DNA of 64,000 bases, taken from positions 39 through 64,038 of IMG/VR virus record IMGVR_UViG_3300048855_000163; one strand, written 5' to 3'. The stretch is from a virus. Below the pieces are notes generated by a model. It was not told where the DNA came from. It did no database searches and worked only from the letters and a program-made list of their open reading frames with translations. This document shows, piece after piece, positions 1-9,316 of the stretch (the first letter of the stretch is position 1; each line of letters opens with the position of its first letter). The position numbers were made by a program, and so were the translations under genes.

Positions 1-1165
1 TGCTCTGAAACTCAGGGTGGTGGTGGCCATAGACGCGCTCGAACATCTCAGCCGTCATGCCGAGATAGCCGGCGGCTTCCCACACCTCGACGCCACGCTG
101 GGCAAGCCATGTTCCGCAGGTATGGCGCATCACATGGGGAACGATGTCGGGCCCAAGGCCGGCATCTGCACGAATGCCGACCCAGCCCGTGCGGATTTTC
201 CCGACCGGCTCGCCCCCATGATGGATGACGTGTGTGATGGCGATCCCGCGTTCGGCTTCCATTTTGCGATCGGCCGCGTCCCAGCGCCGCAGATGAGCGA
301 GAAGACGCTTCTGCAGGCGCACCGGCGGACGCCGCTTCTTTGTGTCGCGCTCACCGCTGCCCCGCCGGTGCATGACACCGCGCTCAAGATCGATCCATCC
401 GCCGTCAGTCGCCGATACCCATTTCAAGCCGGTCATCGCACTGTGACGCGTGCCGGTGTAGAGCCCGATCAGGATGAAGCGTTTAAGGTGCTCTCGATTC
501 GCCCTTGCGCTTTTCCCGCGGCGCTGCAGATATCCATCCTTATCCCGATAGAAGCCGAGCGCCGCGCCGAGAAGAGCCGCGGCCTGCGGCCTTGTCAGAA
601 ACGTGTTTCGCGGCTGGCTGTCTTCGGGGAGCCAGACGACGGGCAGAGCGGGGAGGGGGTGTTCTGCGTGCCAGTAGTTGACCGCCGCTGAGAGAACGAC
701 GAGTTCGCGTCTGGCCGTCGCCTCCTTAACCGTTCGCGTGCTCGTCTTGGCGTGCCTGATACGCTGCTGCGTTCGCCATGCCACATAGTGGCGGCATGTG
801 GTGCGCCGGATGTCAGAGACTGCCTTGCTTCCCCACCAGTCGAGAAGCTTCTCTATGCGGGAAGCGAGGATTGCCCGGTCGCCTTCATCGGCTGGGGCTG
901 CTTCCCGTCCGTAGAGGTTGAGGACTTCGGCGATATAGACGGTGTCTCCTGTCGCGCGCTGCGACGCACCCGCTTCGGCGTATTTGCGGGCGAGATAGGC
1001 ATTGAGCGCTTTTTCAGCTCCAGGCTTGTCATCCGGGCCGCAGCCTGTGCTAACCGTAGTCGATCCGTCTCGGATGAGGTAGACGGCGGCGTGGGTGACC
1101 CGGCCGTCCTTGTCCCTTCGGGCTGACCGCTTGTAGAGGCGCGGGCCTTTTGACCGCTGCGGCAT
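1..1165 (-). CDS. int: Tyrosine integrase, 3' end beyond the window
   Basis: Absent from the ORF track; manual translation from ATG 1165 (MPQRSKGPRLYKR) gives YTGTR, PHVMRHTCGT, YLGMT and VYGHH catalytic motifs. Confidence 0.93.
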   Translation of the reverse strand, partial: MPQRSKGPRLYKRSARRDKDGRVTHAAVYLIRDGSTTVSTGCGPDDKPGAEKALNAYLARKYAEAGASQRATGDTVYIAEVLNLYGREAAPADEGDRAILASRIEKLLDWWGSKAVSDIRRTTCRHYVAWRTQQRIRHAKTSTRTVKEATARRELVVLSAAVNYWHAEHPLPALPVVWLPEDSQPRNTFLTRPQAAALLGAALGFYRDKDGYLQRRGKSARANREHLKRFILIGLYTGTRHSAMTGLKWVSATDGGWIDLERGVMHRRGSGERDTKKRRPPVRLQKRLLAHLRRWDAADRKMEAERGIAITHVIHHGGEPVGKIRTGWVGIRADAGLGPDIVPHVMRHTCGTWLAQRGVEVWEAAGYLGMTAEMFERVYGHHHPEFQS

Positions 1166-1383
1166 TGCCGGAGCATCTCCTGAATGGCGGATGGCGTAAC
1201 GAAGTCCTTGCCGGCGACGCGAATCAGCGTCAAGCGGCCCTTGTTGGCCTCGGTACGCAGGGAGCGCGGCGTCAACAAGCTGCCGAGCAGGATGGTGCAC
1301 GCCTCGTCCAAGGTCATAAGCTCATGGTCACCCCAATCGGAAGGGGAGGGGCGAAACGACGAGCGGTCAATTCGCGCGTTCAT
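853..1383 (-). CDS. Excisionase-like HTH protein whose tail overlaps the integrase 5' end
   Basis: LMTLDEAC...LTPRSLRTEANKGRL...VAGKDFVT winged-helix pattern directly upstream of int. Confidence 0.7.
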   Translation of the reverse strand: MNARIDRSSFRPSPSDWGDHELMTLDEACTILLGSLLTPRSLRTEANKGRLTLIRVAGKDFVTPSAIQEMLRQCRSGQKARASTSGQPEGTRTAGSPTPPSTSSETDRLRLAQAAARMTSLELKKRSMPISPANTPKRVRRSARQETPSISPKSSTSTDGKQPQPMKATGQSSLPA

Positions 1384-1385
1384 TC

Positions 1386-1664
1386 CTACCTCTTGAACTC
1401 ATCCGGGACGGCTGCCCAGACGGCTTCGTAGGCCACTTGCTGGTCGAACTCGGTTTCGCCCATTGCCCGCGCAGTCGTTGCCGCCATGCTAGAGAGGCCG
1501 CCTGCAACGGCATGGATCATCCGGCTTCTAAGGTCGTGCTTCCATGCCTCGCTGAAAGCATCGAGCGCTGCGCCTGTCAGATCTGGGCCGAACTCCGGCT
1601 TGATCACGACATACCCAGCCTCACGGAGTGCGCGGGCGGCGGCTATGAGAGAGGGGGAGATCAT
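1386..1664 (-). CDS. Hypothetical phage protein
   Basis: ORF tiling the leftward early operon. Confidence 0.6.
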   Translation of the reverse strand: MISPSLIAAARALREAGYVVIKPEFGPDLTGAALDAFSEAWKHDLRSRMIHAVAGGLSSMAATTARAMGETEFDQQVAYEAVWAAVPDEFKR

Positions 1665-1879
1665 CGAGGCTGCTCCTTCTGGATGGCGGCGCGGCCGGCG
1701 AACAGCGAGATCATGCGGTCCATGTGATCCCTAAGCACATTCCACTCGTCGACAGACATGCTGTAGGGCGTGCCGATAATCTGGATCTCTGTCCCGCCGC
1801 CCTGATCGTCGACGATACTGACCTTGACCTTGTACCCTGACGCGTCAGAGTAGGGCAGGATTTCGCTGGTGAGCTGCAT
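1661..1879 (-). CDS. Hypothetical protein (start revised to 1879)
   Basis: GAGG RBS before MQLTSEIL; ATGA overlap with the next gene. Confidence 0.55.
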   Translation of the reverse strand: MQLTSEILPYSDASGYKVKVSIVDDQGGGTEIQIIGTPYSMSVDEWNVLRDHMDRMISLFAGRAAIQKEQPR

Positions 1880-2126
1880 GTCTCGCCTCTGGTTCAAAAG
1901 TCCGGTTGATATTTGGATCCGCGACGGCGTGCTGCTCACGGTGAACAACGTGGCGCAGGCCGGTCGGGTGTTGCTGGAGGAATGGCCGGAGAAATTCGCC
2001 AAGACCCCCAAGCACGAACTGGCGCGGAAGGCCTGCCTCGCGGCTATGGAGGGCAAGGTGCCGGCAGAGAAAGCCGCCGTTGCCTTCGCCGCTGCGGCTC
2101 GTGAGGCCGGACTGTTGGACGACTAG
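1878..2126 (+). CDS. DUF982 family protein, opposite to the operon
   Basis: WF..PV...V..V.QA...LLEEWP...H..ARKACL.AM.G...A..AF..AAREAG pattern. Confidence 0.75.
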   Translation: MSRLWFKSPVDIWIRDGVLLTVNNVAQAGRVLLEEWPEKFAKTPKHELARKACLAAMEGKVPAEKAAVAFAAAAREAGLLDD

Positions 2127-2128
2127 GG

Positions 2129-2431
2129 TCACCACAGGTCCTCGCTGAATAGCTCGCGCAGGCCGTACTTGTCGACGCTGACCTGCCCGGCGGCGACCGC
2201 CAGCGCGAACGCTGTTTTGCGGTCGACGAAGACGCCCGCGCTTGTCAGGAATCCCTGCTCTCCGACGATTGACGTCGAAATTCCGGCCGACACCATCGCA
2301 TGCATGACCGTGTGGTGGCGTGCTGGCCGCGGTGCGGAGAAGATGAGCCCATCTTGGCTGATTGCCGCGGCGACGATCTCTTCTGTTCCGCTGCGGCGCG
2401 TGAGGCGGGGATGATGGAGGAGTGAGGTCAT
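2129..2431 (-). CDS. Conserved phage hypothetical protein
   Basis: IVAAA...RHH...QGFLTS.G.FVDR..A...LFSEDLW motif. Confidence 0.75.
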   Translation of the reverse strand: MTSLLHHPRLTRRSGTEEIVAAAISQDGLIFSAPRPARHHTVMHAMVSAGISTSIVGEQGFLTSAGVFVDRKTAFALAVAAGQVSVDKYGLRELFSEDLW

Positions 2432-2443
2432 GGGCGGCGAACT

Positions 2444-2674
2444 TCAGGGCTCATTGTCGTTGCCTGTCTTCTTGGCCAGAAGGCACCCCGAGCAGGTGAC
2501 ATGATCCTGATCGCCGGCTGTTCGCGCGGAATTAGCAGGAACATCACGACCGCAGAGCGTCCAAAGCAGGAACTCCTGACGTGTCACGTAAGCGCCTTCG
2601 CAAATGTGCGTCACGCCCTTGCGGTCCGTCCACCAGATCGGCTGGCCGTTCTTTTCCCGAATGATATCATCCAT
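2444..2674 (-). CDS. Small Cys/His protein, possibly Zn-binding
   Basis: HIC...TLCG...VTCSGC; start revised. Confidence 0.55.
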   Translation of the reverse strand: MDDIIREKNGQPIWWTDRKGVTHICEGAYVTRQEFLLWTLCGRDVPANSARTAGDQDHVTCSGCLLAKKTGNDNEP

Positions 2675-3809
2675 GGTCTTGGCCTCCGCGGGCGCGCAGC
2701 GCGCCGACTGCCTTGAGAACGCGTTCCGCCTCGACAATGGTGGGCCCGAAGTCGTACTCGCCGCTTACCCCAGGCAGTTCGGATGCGACCCTCTCGGCGA
2801 CGTAGCAGGCGCGCAGAGCGTTGCTGAGGCTGTCGACCTTCTCCCGCTCCTCCGCCAGCGCCTTCTCAGCGGCTTCGGCGCGGGCTTTGTAATGGAGCAT
2901 GGCTTCGGCGCTGTAATCTGCCCGCTTGATGAGATCGGCCGCCGGCTCGGGCTGCGCGAGCGGGACGCTTGCCAACCCGCCGCCGTTGCATTTCGGGCAG
3001 TCGGGCGCCGGTCCTGATGCTGTAAGGCAATCGCACACGCGATAGGCTGTCTCGCCGAGATCATCGAGCGTCTGACCGAGCCACCCGTCCGCCGGCTCGG
3101 GCTGCGGGGCGGGAGGGCACGCGTAGAGGGGAATCGAAAATTCAGATGAGGGGGCGCCAGAAACAACGCCAGCGCAGTGGTGGGGGAGCTTGTCGCGCAG
3201 CGTCGCGGGCGATATGTAAGCCACCGCCGCGTGGGCGGGCGACGGGGCGGCGGGGCGACTGAGAGCCGATCGCACTTCCTGCTCAAATTCTCGAACCAAG
3301 CTCATTGCGCTTGACGCCGCCACGAATTGGCATGTTTCACGCAACACTGCGTTGCCTGACCTCACCGCCTCATCCTGGGCGCGGATGGCCTTCGCGAGAC
3401 GATCGAACCACTCCGCTGCGCCCCATTGGTCAACGTTCTGCGCAAAGAACTGCATGGGGCCGCTTCCCGGCACCCCGACCGCATCCGTCGAAGGGACGGA
3501 GCGGCCCTGAAGAAAACCCTCGGCTTCCTTGACCAAATCGGCGCAGCCAACATGCGCCGCGCGAAGACGTTTGATGGCCTCAGCGACGATATGCTCCGCC
3601 TGCGCACGTCGACTATCCCCGACCGCATCCGTCTTATCGGCTGGCAGGGTGGCGCGGGCTTGCCATGCCTCGAACGTGTATTGCGTGATGGTCTCGACGT
3701 ACCGCTCTCGCGACGAGCGCCAGGTTACGTCGAGACCCGCGTGAAGCGCCCATGCTTCAAAGCGCGCCCGCTCATCGAGCGCCGGCAACCCCTCGGGTAT
3801 GTGCGTCAT
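2667..3809 (-). CDS. Mosaic early phage hypothetical protein
   Basis: 380-aa ORF tiling the operon, with ERARFEAW, AVAY...PLYA and CxxC segments. Confidence 0.65.
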   Translation of the reverse strand: MTHIPEGLPALDERARFEAWALHAGLDVTWRSSRERYVETITQYTFEAWQARATLPADKTDAVGDSRRAQAEHIVAEAIKRLRAAHVGCADLVKEAEGFLQGRSVPSTDAVGVPGSGPMQFFAQNVDQWGAAEWFDRLAKAIRAQDEAVRSGNAVLRETCQFVAASSAMSLVREFEQEVRSALSRPAAPSPAHAAVAYISPATLRDKLPHHCAGVVSGAPSSEFSIPLYACPPAPQPEPADGWLGQTLDDLGETAYRVCDCLTASGPAPDCPKCNGGGLASVPLAQPEPAADLIKRADYSAEAMLHYKARAEAAEKALAEEREKVDSLSNALRACYVAERVASELPGVSGEYDFGPTIVEAERVLKAVGALRARGGQDHG

Positions 3810-4105
3810 GGTTCAAACTCGCCATAGCTGCCTACGTGCCAGGAGTGCACATCATCAACGTGCTCGACGTAACCTGCAGCGACTAGCCATGGCAGGAAGT
3901 CGTCAGGCCTGCATTCGTACCAGTCACCCGCAAACTTAGGTTCCCAAGACTTCCTGTGCTCTTCGCGGAACTGGTCGGCTACTTGGCTCTTGCTAAGTGG
4001 CTTCAAAACACGGACGGGGCCGTTCCAAGTTTTATCACTGTATTCACCCGTTTCGATGATGAGCAATGTTCCCGCACAAAGGGCTTGGTCTAAATCGTCG
4101 CTCAT
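3806..4105 (-). CDS. Hypothetical phage protein
   Basis: ATGA overlap; protein-like composition. Confidence 0.65.
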   Translation of the reverse strand: MSDDLDQALCAGTLLIIETGEYSDKTWNGPVRVLKPLSKSQVADQFREEHRKSWEPKFAGDWYECRPDDFLPWLVAAGYVEHVDDVHSWHVGSYGEFEP

Positions 4106-4108
4106 CCC

Positions 4109-4513
4109 CTAGCCCTCCGGTTGCGTGTTGCGGATGGCTGCGGCGATCCGGTCGCCTGTGCGAGAGTCGTCGCGGTCTGCGATTTCTTCCGCGATCCGCT
4201 CGCACCGCGCCCGTTCCCGAGCCCTGGCGGTGGCGACACGATGGGCGATGTATTCGCCGATCTGTGCTCGTGTTGCTTGCGGAAGGTCCGCGAAGAGCGC
4301 TTCGGCTTTTGACGCCTCGTCCGTCTCCCCCGCCCCAGCGGCAAGCCCGCGCTCGGCGAGGGTGAGGAGGCCATCGGCTGCATTATCCAGAGCCCGCAGC
4401 CAGTCCGCGTGCTCTTTGGTGAGCGCGGCCGGTCCCTGAGCATTCGCGCGCAGCCTCCGCAGCTCCGCAATCTCATCTGCCCCTATGGGCGCATGTTCAT
4501 TCGGGGGGCTCAT
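4109..4513 (-). CDS. Hypothetical phage protein
   Basis: Operon tiling; ERARCERIAE motif. Confidence 0.6.
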   Translation of the reverse strand: MSPPNEHAPIGADEIAELRRLRANAQGPAALTKEHADWLRALDNAADGLLTLAERGLAAGAGETDEASKAEALFADLPQATRAQIGEYIAHRVATARARERARCERIAEEIADRDDSRTGDRIAAAIRNTQPEG

Positions 4514-4713
4514 CGAGAGGGCCTTTCATGACCGCACAGGCCCGCTAGAGGCGTCGGCCGTGCCTGCGTTTCGATCTGCATGATTTCGTAGGTCGCATTC
4601 TCGGCTACGAGGTGCGGTGAGCTGTGGCCATGCTCGATTCTGAGCAGGGCGTCTTTCGCCACCTTGAGGGCACGCTGAAGGACGACAATGCGCTCGTGAT
4701 CACGCTTGCTCAT
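4510..4713 (-). CDS. Hypothetical protein (start revised)
   Basis: MSKRDHERIVVLQRAL helical ORF tiling the operon. Confidence 0.55.
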   Translation of the reverse strand: MSKRDHERIVVLQRALKVAKDALLRIEHGHSSPHLVAENATYEIMQIETQARPTPLAGLCGHERPSR

Positions 4714-5077
4714 TGGAATTGTCCTTGTAGGGGCTGGCGGCGAGGAGAGATCGGAGTATGGCGGCGCATAGGGCGAGCGCGGGGTGTCGGCCGGAACCTT
4801 GGTGAGGGTCGCCGACGTGATCCCGCGTCCAGATCGATGCGAGCTGGCGTTTCCCGCCGAATTCGACGGCACCGCAGGCACCCGGCAGAATGCACTCCAG
4901 CAGCGTGACGGCGTTGTCGATGCTCTCGGTGAATCGTAGCATCGGAACCAACACGCGATCAGCGTCTGGATTGGGAACAACCGCGAGCCACAGATCGAGA
5001 TCAAGGTCGCGATCCGGCCCATCCGCCTCTTCGACTCTCTTGAGGAGGGATTGGAGAGTGAGGAGGTTAGGCTGCAT
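4700..5077 (-). CDS. Conserved phage hypothetical protein
   Basis: L..RVE.A.GPDR.LD...FT.SID.A..L...LPG...PALALCAA.L pattern. Confidence 0.7.
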   Translation of the reverse strand: MQPNLLTLQSLLKRVEEADGPDRDLDLDLWLAVVPNPDADRVLVPMLRFTESIDNAVTLLECILPGACGAVEFGGKRQLASIWTRDHVGDPHQGSGRHPALALCAAILRSLLAASPYKDNSNEQA

Positions 5078-5088
5078 CGGAGATCTCC

Positions 5089-5682
5089 TCAGCAGGCACA
5101 TGTGAAGAAAGATCCCTGCTGATCAACGGGGACTACTTTCCCCCTGTACATTTGGTAGTAGCTCCAGAAGTCAGGATGCAGACTTTCGCCTTCAAATTTC
5201 CCATGGTATCCGTTGCTCTCGGTTCCATAGAAGTATTCGCCCGACTCAAGCCATTGATCAGCAGCCTCCAAGAGAGTGTTGAACCCTTCGTCAATCTCGT
5301 CTGCGTAATTACGTAGCCAGCGTTCTGCTGCCGCCACATCGCTGTCATTCCTCGTCTTCAGCTGATCCTCGGCCGAGGGGAAGGCGGGATGCTCCCAGAC
5401 GTGCCGGAGTGAGGTGATCGTGCGAGGGTAGACGACGAGCCAGAACTTCTGACCTTGGAACACGGGGCCTGGCAGGAACGGATCAACGATGCCAACGGTC
5501 TTCCCGCCGCTCATCGCGATCCCGCCGTCGATCCGGATGTGCTGCCCAGGGAAAAGCTTCTCGCCGGCCTCGACCGGCTCCACCGCGAGGTGAATGGCGT
5601 CGCGGCCGGCGGATGCGTCTATGACGGTGCCGAGCGTCGCAAGCGCGTCGGTGGCGATCTTGTGCGTAACGGGTGTGGACAT
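5089..5682 (-). CDS. Conserved phage hypothetical protein
   Basis: RDAIH.AV.PV.A...VGIVDPFL...FWL..YP.TITSLRHVW.HPAF motif. Confidence 0.75.
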   Translation of the reverse strand: MSTPVTHKIATDALATLGTVIDASAGRDAIHLAVEPVEAGEKLFPGQHIRIDGGIAMSGGKTVGIVDPFLPGPVFQGQKFWLVVYPRTITSLRHVWEHPAFPSAEDQLKTRNDSDVAAAERWLRNYADEIDEGFNTLLEAADQWLESGEYFYGTESNGYHGKFEGESLHPDFWSYYQMYRGKVVPVDQQGSFFTCAC

Positions 5683-5765
5683 TGGAGCTGCTTCCTGTTG
5701 GGAAAGGCAAAAGCGGCAGTTATTGCAGGAGGTTACAAGGCAGAGACGACCGCTCATGTCCGTCC

Positions 5766-6143
5766 TCACGACTGTCGCTGTATCTTCGGATTGACGACCG
5801 GCGTGCCGTCAAAACGGCGCCAGCCTCGAATGGGGTGTTTCGTCTTACGGATGCCGAGGTGGCGGATGCTCTTCTGGTAGACGGCTGATTTCTCGGCTAC
5901 GTCTTCCGCCGTCTTGGCCTTGTGACACCAGTCACACGAAACCTGCATGTTCGTTTCACGGTGCTCGCCGCCGTTGATCAGGGCCACGATGTGGTCGACC
6001 TGCCACTTGTCGGCGGGTGTGAGCTTGCGGCTGCAGCCGGCCTGGCAGCATCCTTCGGCGCGTATCCAGACCCGAGCCCGGACACGCGGCGGAATTGCAG
6101 CATCGGGATGCGCGCCAATCCACTCATCCACTGAGCGCGGCAT
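5766..6143 (-). CDS. HNH endonuclease
   Basis: CxxC...VDHIVALINGGEHRETNMQVSCDWCH. Confidence 0.88.
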   Translation of the reverse strand: MPRSVDEWIGAHPDAAIPPRVRARVWIRAEGCCQAGCSRKLTPADKWQVDHIVALINGGEHRETNMQVSCDWCHKAKTAEDVAEKSAVYQKSIRHLGIRKTKHPIRGWRRFDGTPVVNPKIQRQS

Positions 6144-6586
6144 CAGGCGCGCCCCATCCACTTGAGAAACTCTTTGTCAAGGTCCGACCAAATCTGGGCC
6201 GCGTAGGTCCCCCACAAGATGTCGGCCCGGCTCGTCACTCGGCAGATGCGACGCACATACTCTGCCGGATCGGTTCCGGCACCCTTCTCTTCCGCGAGGA
6301 ACTTACGGAAGGCCGGCTCATTGCAGCGGATCGCAGCCTGTTGTGCCGCGGGCAGCTCATGCCACGCCTTCTTCTCCTTGGTCGGATCGTTAGCAGCACG
6401 ATCACCCGATCCTGCTACTAACCTGGCAATCGCCACGGGGACTTCGGCGGCCGGGTTCGGTGTCCCGAAGGCATCGACGAACTGCGCCCCAGCCTCGATC
6501 GGGATCTCGATCATCACCTGAGCCACCTTCCGGCTCTTGATGAACTTCAGGTCGGCATAGGTGCCTTGGATGACAGCGGCGCTCAT
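6143..6586 (-). CDS. Conserved phage hypothetical protein
   Basis: QGTY.D.K.IKSRK...IE.PIE; QQAAIRCNEPAF..FL; TGATG overlap. Confidence 0.7.
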   Translation of the reverse strand: MSAAVIQGTYADLKFIKSRKVAQVMIEIPIEAGAQFVDAFGTPNPAAEVPVAIARLVAGSGDRAANDPTKEKKAWHELPAAQQAAIRCNEPAFRKFLAEEKGAGTDPAEYVRRICRVTSRADILWGTYAAQIWSDLDKEFLKWMGRA

Positions 6587-7326
6587 GCAGCGTCCTTCCG
6601 GCTAAGCTGGCCCTTCCGATCGCTGAACAGGCGCACAAGTTCGAGGAACTCAGGCGTTCCCTTGACCTCGCCGTCATTCCGATCAACGCCACCGATGACG
6701 CCATGCTTCTTGCGGCTGTCTCTTTCGGCCTGCCACCAATGCTCCAGTTCTTCGACGGTCTCGGCGTTTGCAATGGCGGTGCGCGCGAGGGCCAGATATG
6801 CAAGAGCCTCGCTGTTGTCGGCCTCAGCCGCCGGCGCTCGTTCCGCAATCTCGCGCCGTACCTCGCTGACATATTTGCTGTCGTCGAAGAGTCCCATGTG
6901 GACGTCAGCCGACATGCCCAGGTGCTTCATGGCGTTGCCGATGGCGTCGGTAAAAGCCTTCTTGAAGGCCTCATCGTCGCTTTCCCACCGTTCCGGCCGA
7001 TTACGCTGTGTGTCGGCCCTGATGTAGGAGACGACCTTGTCGCCGCCGACGCCGGGGATGGGGTCAGTTCTTTTCCCGCCGATGACGACCCACAGAGCTA
7101 GCCAGCAATAGACGAGGACTTCCTTGTTCTCCCCGGGTACGACTTGGAAATGGGGCTCGGTAAAGCCCCATCCCTGACCGACCGGGCCGAACTCCTCGGT
7201 CATCTTGTGCATGGTATAGATCGGCTTGATCGCAGTTCCGCGAAAGCCGCCGCCGCGTGTGAAGGCCTTCGTATGCGCCGGGTCCGTTTTGCCGAGCTTG
7301 TTCCAGAGCGTGAGATTGTCGGCCAT
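6583..7326 (-). CDS. Putative ssDNA-annealing recombinase (Sak/Rad52-like)
   Basis: KTDP..TK.F...GGF.GTAI.P...TE.FGP.G.GWG and DEAFKKA.TDA...A...LG..AD..MG motifs; early recombination position. Confidence 0.55.
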   Translation of the reverse strand: MADNLTLWNKLGKTDPAHTKAFTRGGGFRGTAIKPIYTMHKMTEEFGPVGQGWGFTEPHFQVVPGENKEVLVYCWLALWVVIGGKRTDPIPGVGGDKVVSYIRADTQRNRPERWESDDEAFKKAFTDAIGNAMKHLGMSADVHMGLFDDSKYVSEVRREIAERAPAAEADNSEALAYLALARTAIANAETVEELEHWWQAERDSRKKHGVIGGVDRNDGEVKGTPEFLELVRLFSDRKGQLSRKDAA

Positions 7327-7556
7327 CACTCGATCCCTAATTCTTTCTGGCCCTCGCGCCGCAGGCGAAACACCGGGCAAAGGCCATGGTTGATGTCGGT
7401 GCACTTGGCGTAGGGCGGGTCCGGCAGGTAGTCGGGATCGACCGGATTGAAGCCCGTGAGCACCGGGAACTTGCTGCAGCGCCAGCGGTAGAAGGCTTCC
7501 TTCCGCGTAGCCGTGTGCACGTGATCGCAATCCCGGCAGAGGGTGGCCTCTTGCAT
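7326..7556 (-). CDS. Small Cys-rich protein
   Basis: CRDC...WRC...C...N...CP. Confidence 0.55.
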   Translation of the reverse strand: MQEATLCRDCDHVHTATRKEAFYRWRCSKFPVLTGFNPVDPDYLPDPPYAKCTDINHGLCPVFRLRREGQKELGIE

Positions 7557-7561
7557 GGCCT

Positions 7562-7792
7562 CTACTCCGCCGCCTGCAGCCACGGGCGAGGATGGAGCTC
7601 CACGCCCTTCAGCAGAACCTCGTCGATGTCTCGGAGAGCGCTCTCCAGGTGCCCCTTGGCGGCCAGGAGGTCCACCTCGATCATGGTCATCTTTCGTCCC
7701 CGTTCCGCGAGCCAGGACAGCATCTCCGCGTCTATTGCCGCTGCTCGTGCTGCGTTTTTCACGGCGAGGGCTTTTGTGGTGAGCGGGATCAT
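7562..7792 (-). CDS. Hypothetical protein
   Basis: Operon tiling. Confidence 0.55.
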   Translation of the reverse strand: MIPLTTKALAVKNAARAAAIDAEMLSWLAERGRKMTMIEVDLLAAKGHLESALRDIDEVLLKGVELHPRPWLQAAE

Positions 7793-7953
7793 TGATCCAT
7801 CCTCCGTCCGTACGTTGAGGCGTCGCCGTAGGGCTCGTGGTCGTCGTCGTGTCGGGCCGGTTTCGTGGTGACGACGACGTATGCCCAGACCGTGAGGAGA
7901 CCGCCTGTGCCGATGAGAGCAATCCAGGCGAGATTGACGAGGAGATTAGCCAT
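7789..7953 (-). CDS. Small membrane protein (not in the track)
   Basis: MANLLVNLAWIALIGTGGLLTVWAYVVV..., 54 aa, overlapping both neighbours. Confidence 0.55.
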   Translation of the reverse strand: MANLLVNLAWIALIGTGGLLTVWAYVVVTTKPARHDDDHEPYGDASTYGRRMDQ

Positions 7954-8176
7954 TGGTGCTGGCCTCCGCCAAGCGAAGCGCGGCGCGCCCGTCTGCGGTC
8001 AGAATGTATTCCTGCCGCCCTGGCGCACAGACATCGAAGTCCAGCAGTCCGGCCTCGTAGAGGGCCTCTGCGGCCACCCAAAGTGCCGCTCCTGAAATCA
8101 GGTCTGGCTCGTGGTGACCGGCAACAGCGCGTAGTACCTTCACCTCGTATTCGGTGAGGTTGTATGACGTGTTCAT
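7946..8176 (-). CDS. Small winged-helix-like protein
   Basis: LTEYEVKVL...LYEAGLL...YILTADGRAAL. Confidence 0.55.
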   Translation of the reverse strand: MNTSYNLTEYEVKVLRAVAGHHEPDLISGAALWVAAEALYEAGLLDFDVCAPGRQEYILTADGRAALRLAEASTNG

Positions 8177-8361
8177 GCCGCCTCCCTCATGCGTTCTTCG
8201 CGAGCGCGCGCCATGGCATCGTCAATGCAGGCGTGGATTTGCTGATGTGAGAAGCCCTTCTTGCTCAGAAGGAGCCAGCAGGCCAGCCAATCACCGAGAT
8301 TGGCGGTCTCTTCGTTCAGGTCTTTAGCCATCTCGTCGATGAGATCTGAGAGAGTGGTCAT
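8173..8361 (-). CDS. Hypothetical protein
   Basis: ATGA overlaps. Confidence 0.55.
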   Translation of the reverse strand: MTTLSDLIDEMAKDLNEETANLGDWLACWLLLSKKGFSHQQIHACIDDAMARAREERMREAA

Positions 8362-8723
8362 GATTGACCTCGTGAAGACTCGGGAGGATCTGGGAGTGGC
8401 ATCCAGTTGGTTGGTGCGTAGGCCACCAAATCACCATCGGGGTCGGTATAGCCATCGACCCATGCTTGGCGATCCTCGTTCCACCAGCCGTCGAATGAGG
8501 CTTGCGCGTGGGCAAGAAGTACGGGCGTTCCGTTCTTCGGCGCCGTACTGATGTCGCGCCACTCCGCCGCATCCCACCTGCGCTTGATCTCTTCAGCGAT
8601 AGCGAGAGGATCACGCTTGCCAGTGGCGTGGATCGTCGCGAACGGCTCCCCGTCCATGATCAGATCAACGACATCGCCAAGGTTGCGGATTGTCAGTTCA
8701 CCGGGCATTCTCGCCTCCGGCAC
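8358..8723 (-). CDS. DUF551-like protein
   Basis: WRDISTAPKNGTPVLL...PTNWMPLPDPP. Confidence 0.75.
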   Translation of the reverse strand: MPEARMPGELTIRNLGDVVDLIMDGEPFATIHATGKRDPLAIAEEIKRRWDAAEWRDISTAPKNGTPVLLAHAQASFDGWWNEDRQAWVDGYTDPDGDLVAYAPTNWMPLPDPPESSRGQS

Positions 8724-8991
8724 GTTTGCGGGCGGCGATCATCGCTTTCGCGTACTCGTAGTTGAGGTCCGCGATGATCTCGATGCGCCCGCGTATCTTG
8801 GGCTTGTGGCCCTCGTTATAGGGGTTGCGCTGCTTATCCAGCTTCATCTCAAGCGAGACGCGTTCTTCGCTCGGATGCGGCGCGTGTGTCGCAAACCAGT
8901 CGAGGAGCGTCATGCAGCCTATGCCGTTGCCGGCATGGCTGTCTGGCGGGTAATGGCACGGAAACGCCGGCCCACCGTCATCGCGTGCCAT
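8698..8991 (-). CDS. Conserved phage hypothetical protein
   Basis: DGGPAFP...GMTL.DWFA...Y..A.AMIAAR pattern. Confidence 0.7.
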   Translation of the reverse strand: MARDDGGPAFPCHYPPDSHAGNGIGCMTLLDWFATHAPHPSEERVSLEMKLDKQRNPYNEGHKPKIRGRIEIIADLNYEYAKAMIAARKRAGGENAR

Positions 8992-9316
8992 CTGAGGACT
9001 CCAGCTTGGCGAGGAGGATTTCGATTGGCTCAATCAGCTTGTCGGTGTTGTTCACGCCGGAGGCGCGCATGCTCTGAGCAAACTGGATCGCAGCTTTCAG
9101 AAGACGCACGCTCTCCTCGAACAGGGGATCGCGGTCGGCGCGGGGCTCGGGCTGTGGCGCCTTGGCGAGCATGGCCGCATAGCCCTTTCTCGGGTCGTCG
9201 ACCCTCAGACCGTGCGAAAAGCCGTCTTCCTTCGTGGCCTTGTCAATGAAGGCATCGAGCATTTCGGGTGTGGGCTCGACCGGAACGAGCCGCCAGTGCC
9301 TCTCCGTCGCGCTCAT
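8978..9316 (-). CDS. Conserved phage hypothetical protein
   Basis: WRLVPVEPTPEML...Y.AMLA.AP motif. Confidence 0.7.
   Translation of the reverse strand: MSATERHWRLVPVEPTPEMLDAFIDKATKEDGFSHGLRVDDPRKGYAAMLAKAPQPEPRADRDPLFEESVRLLKAAIQFAQSMRASGVNNTDKLIEPIEILLAKLESSDGTR

Noticed and set aside
17-691. 224-aa plus-strand ORF
   Set aside because: Antisense shadow of the integrase, which holds all catalytic motifs on the minus strand
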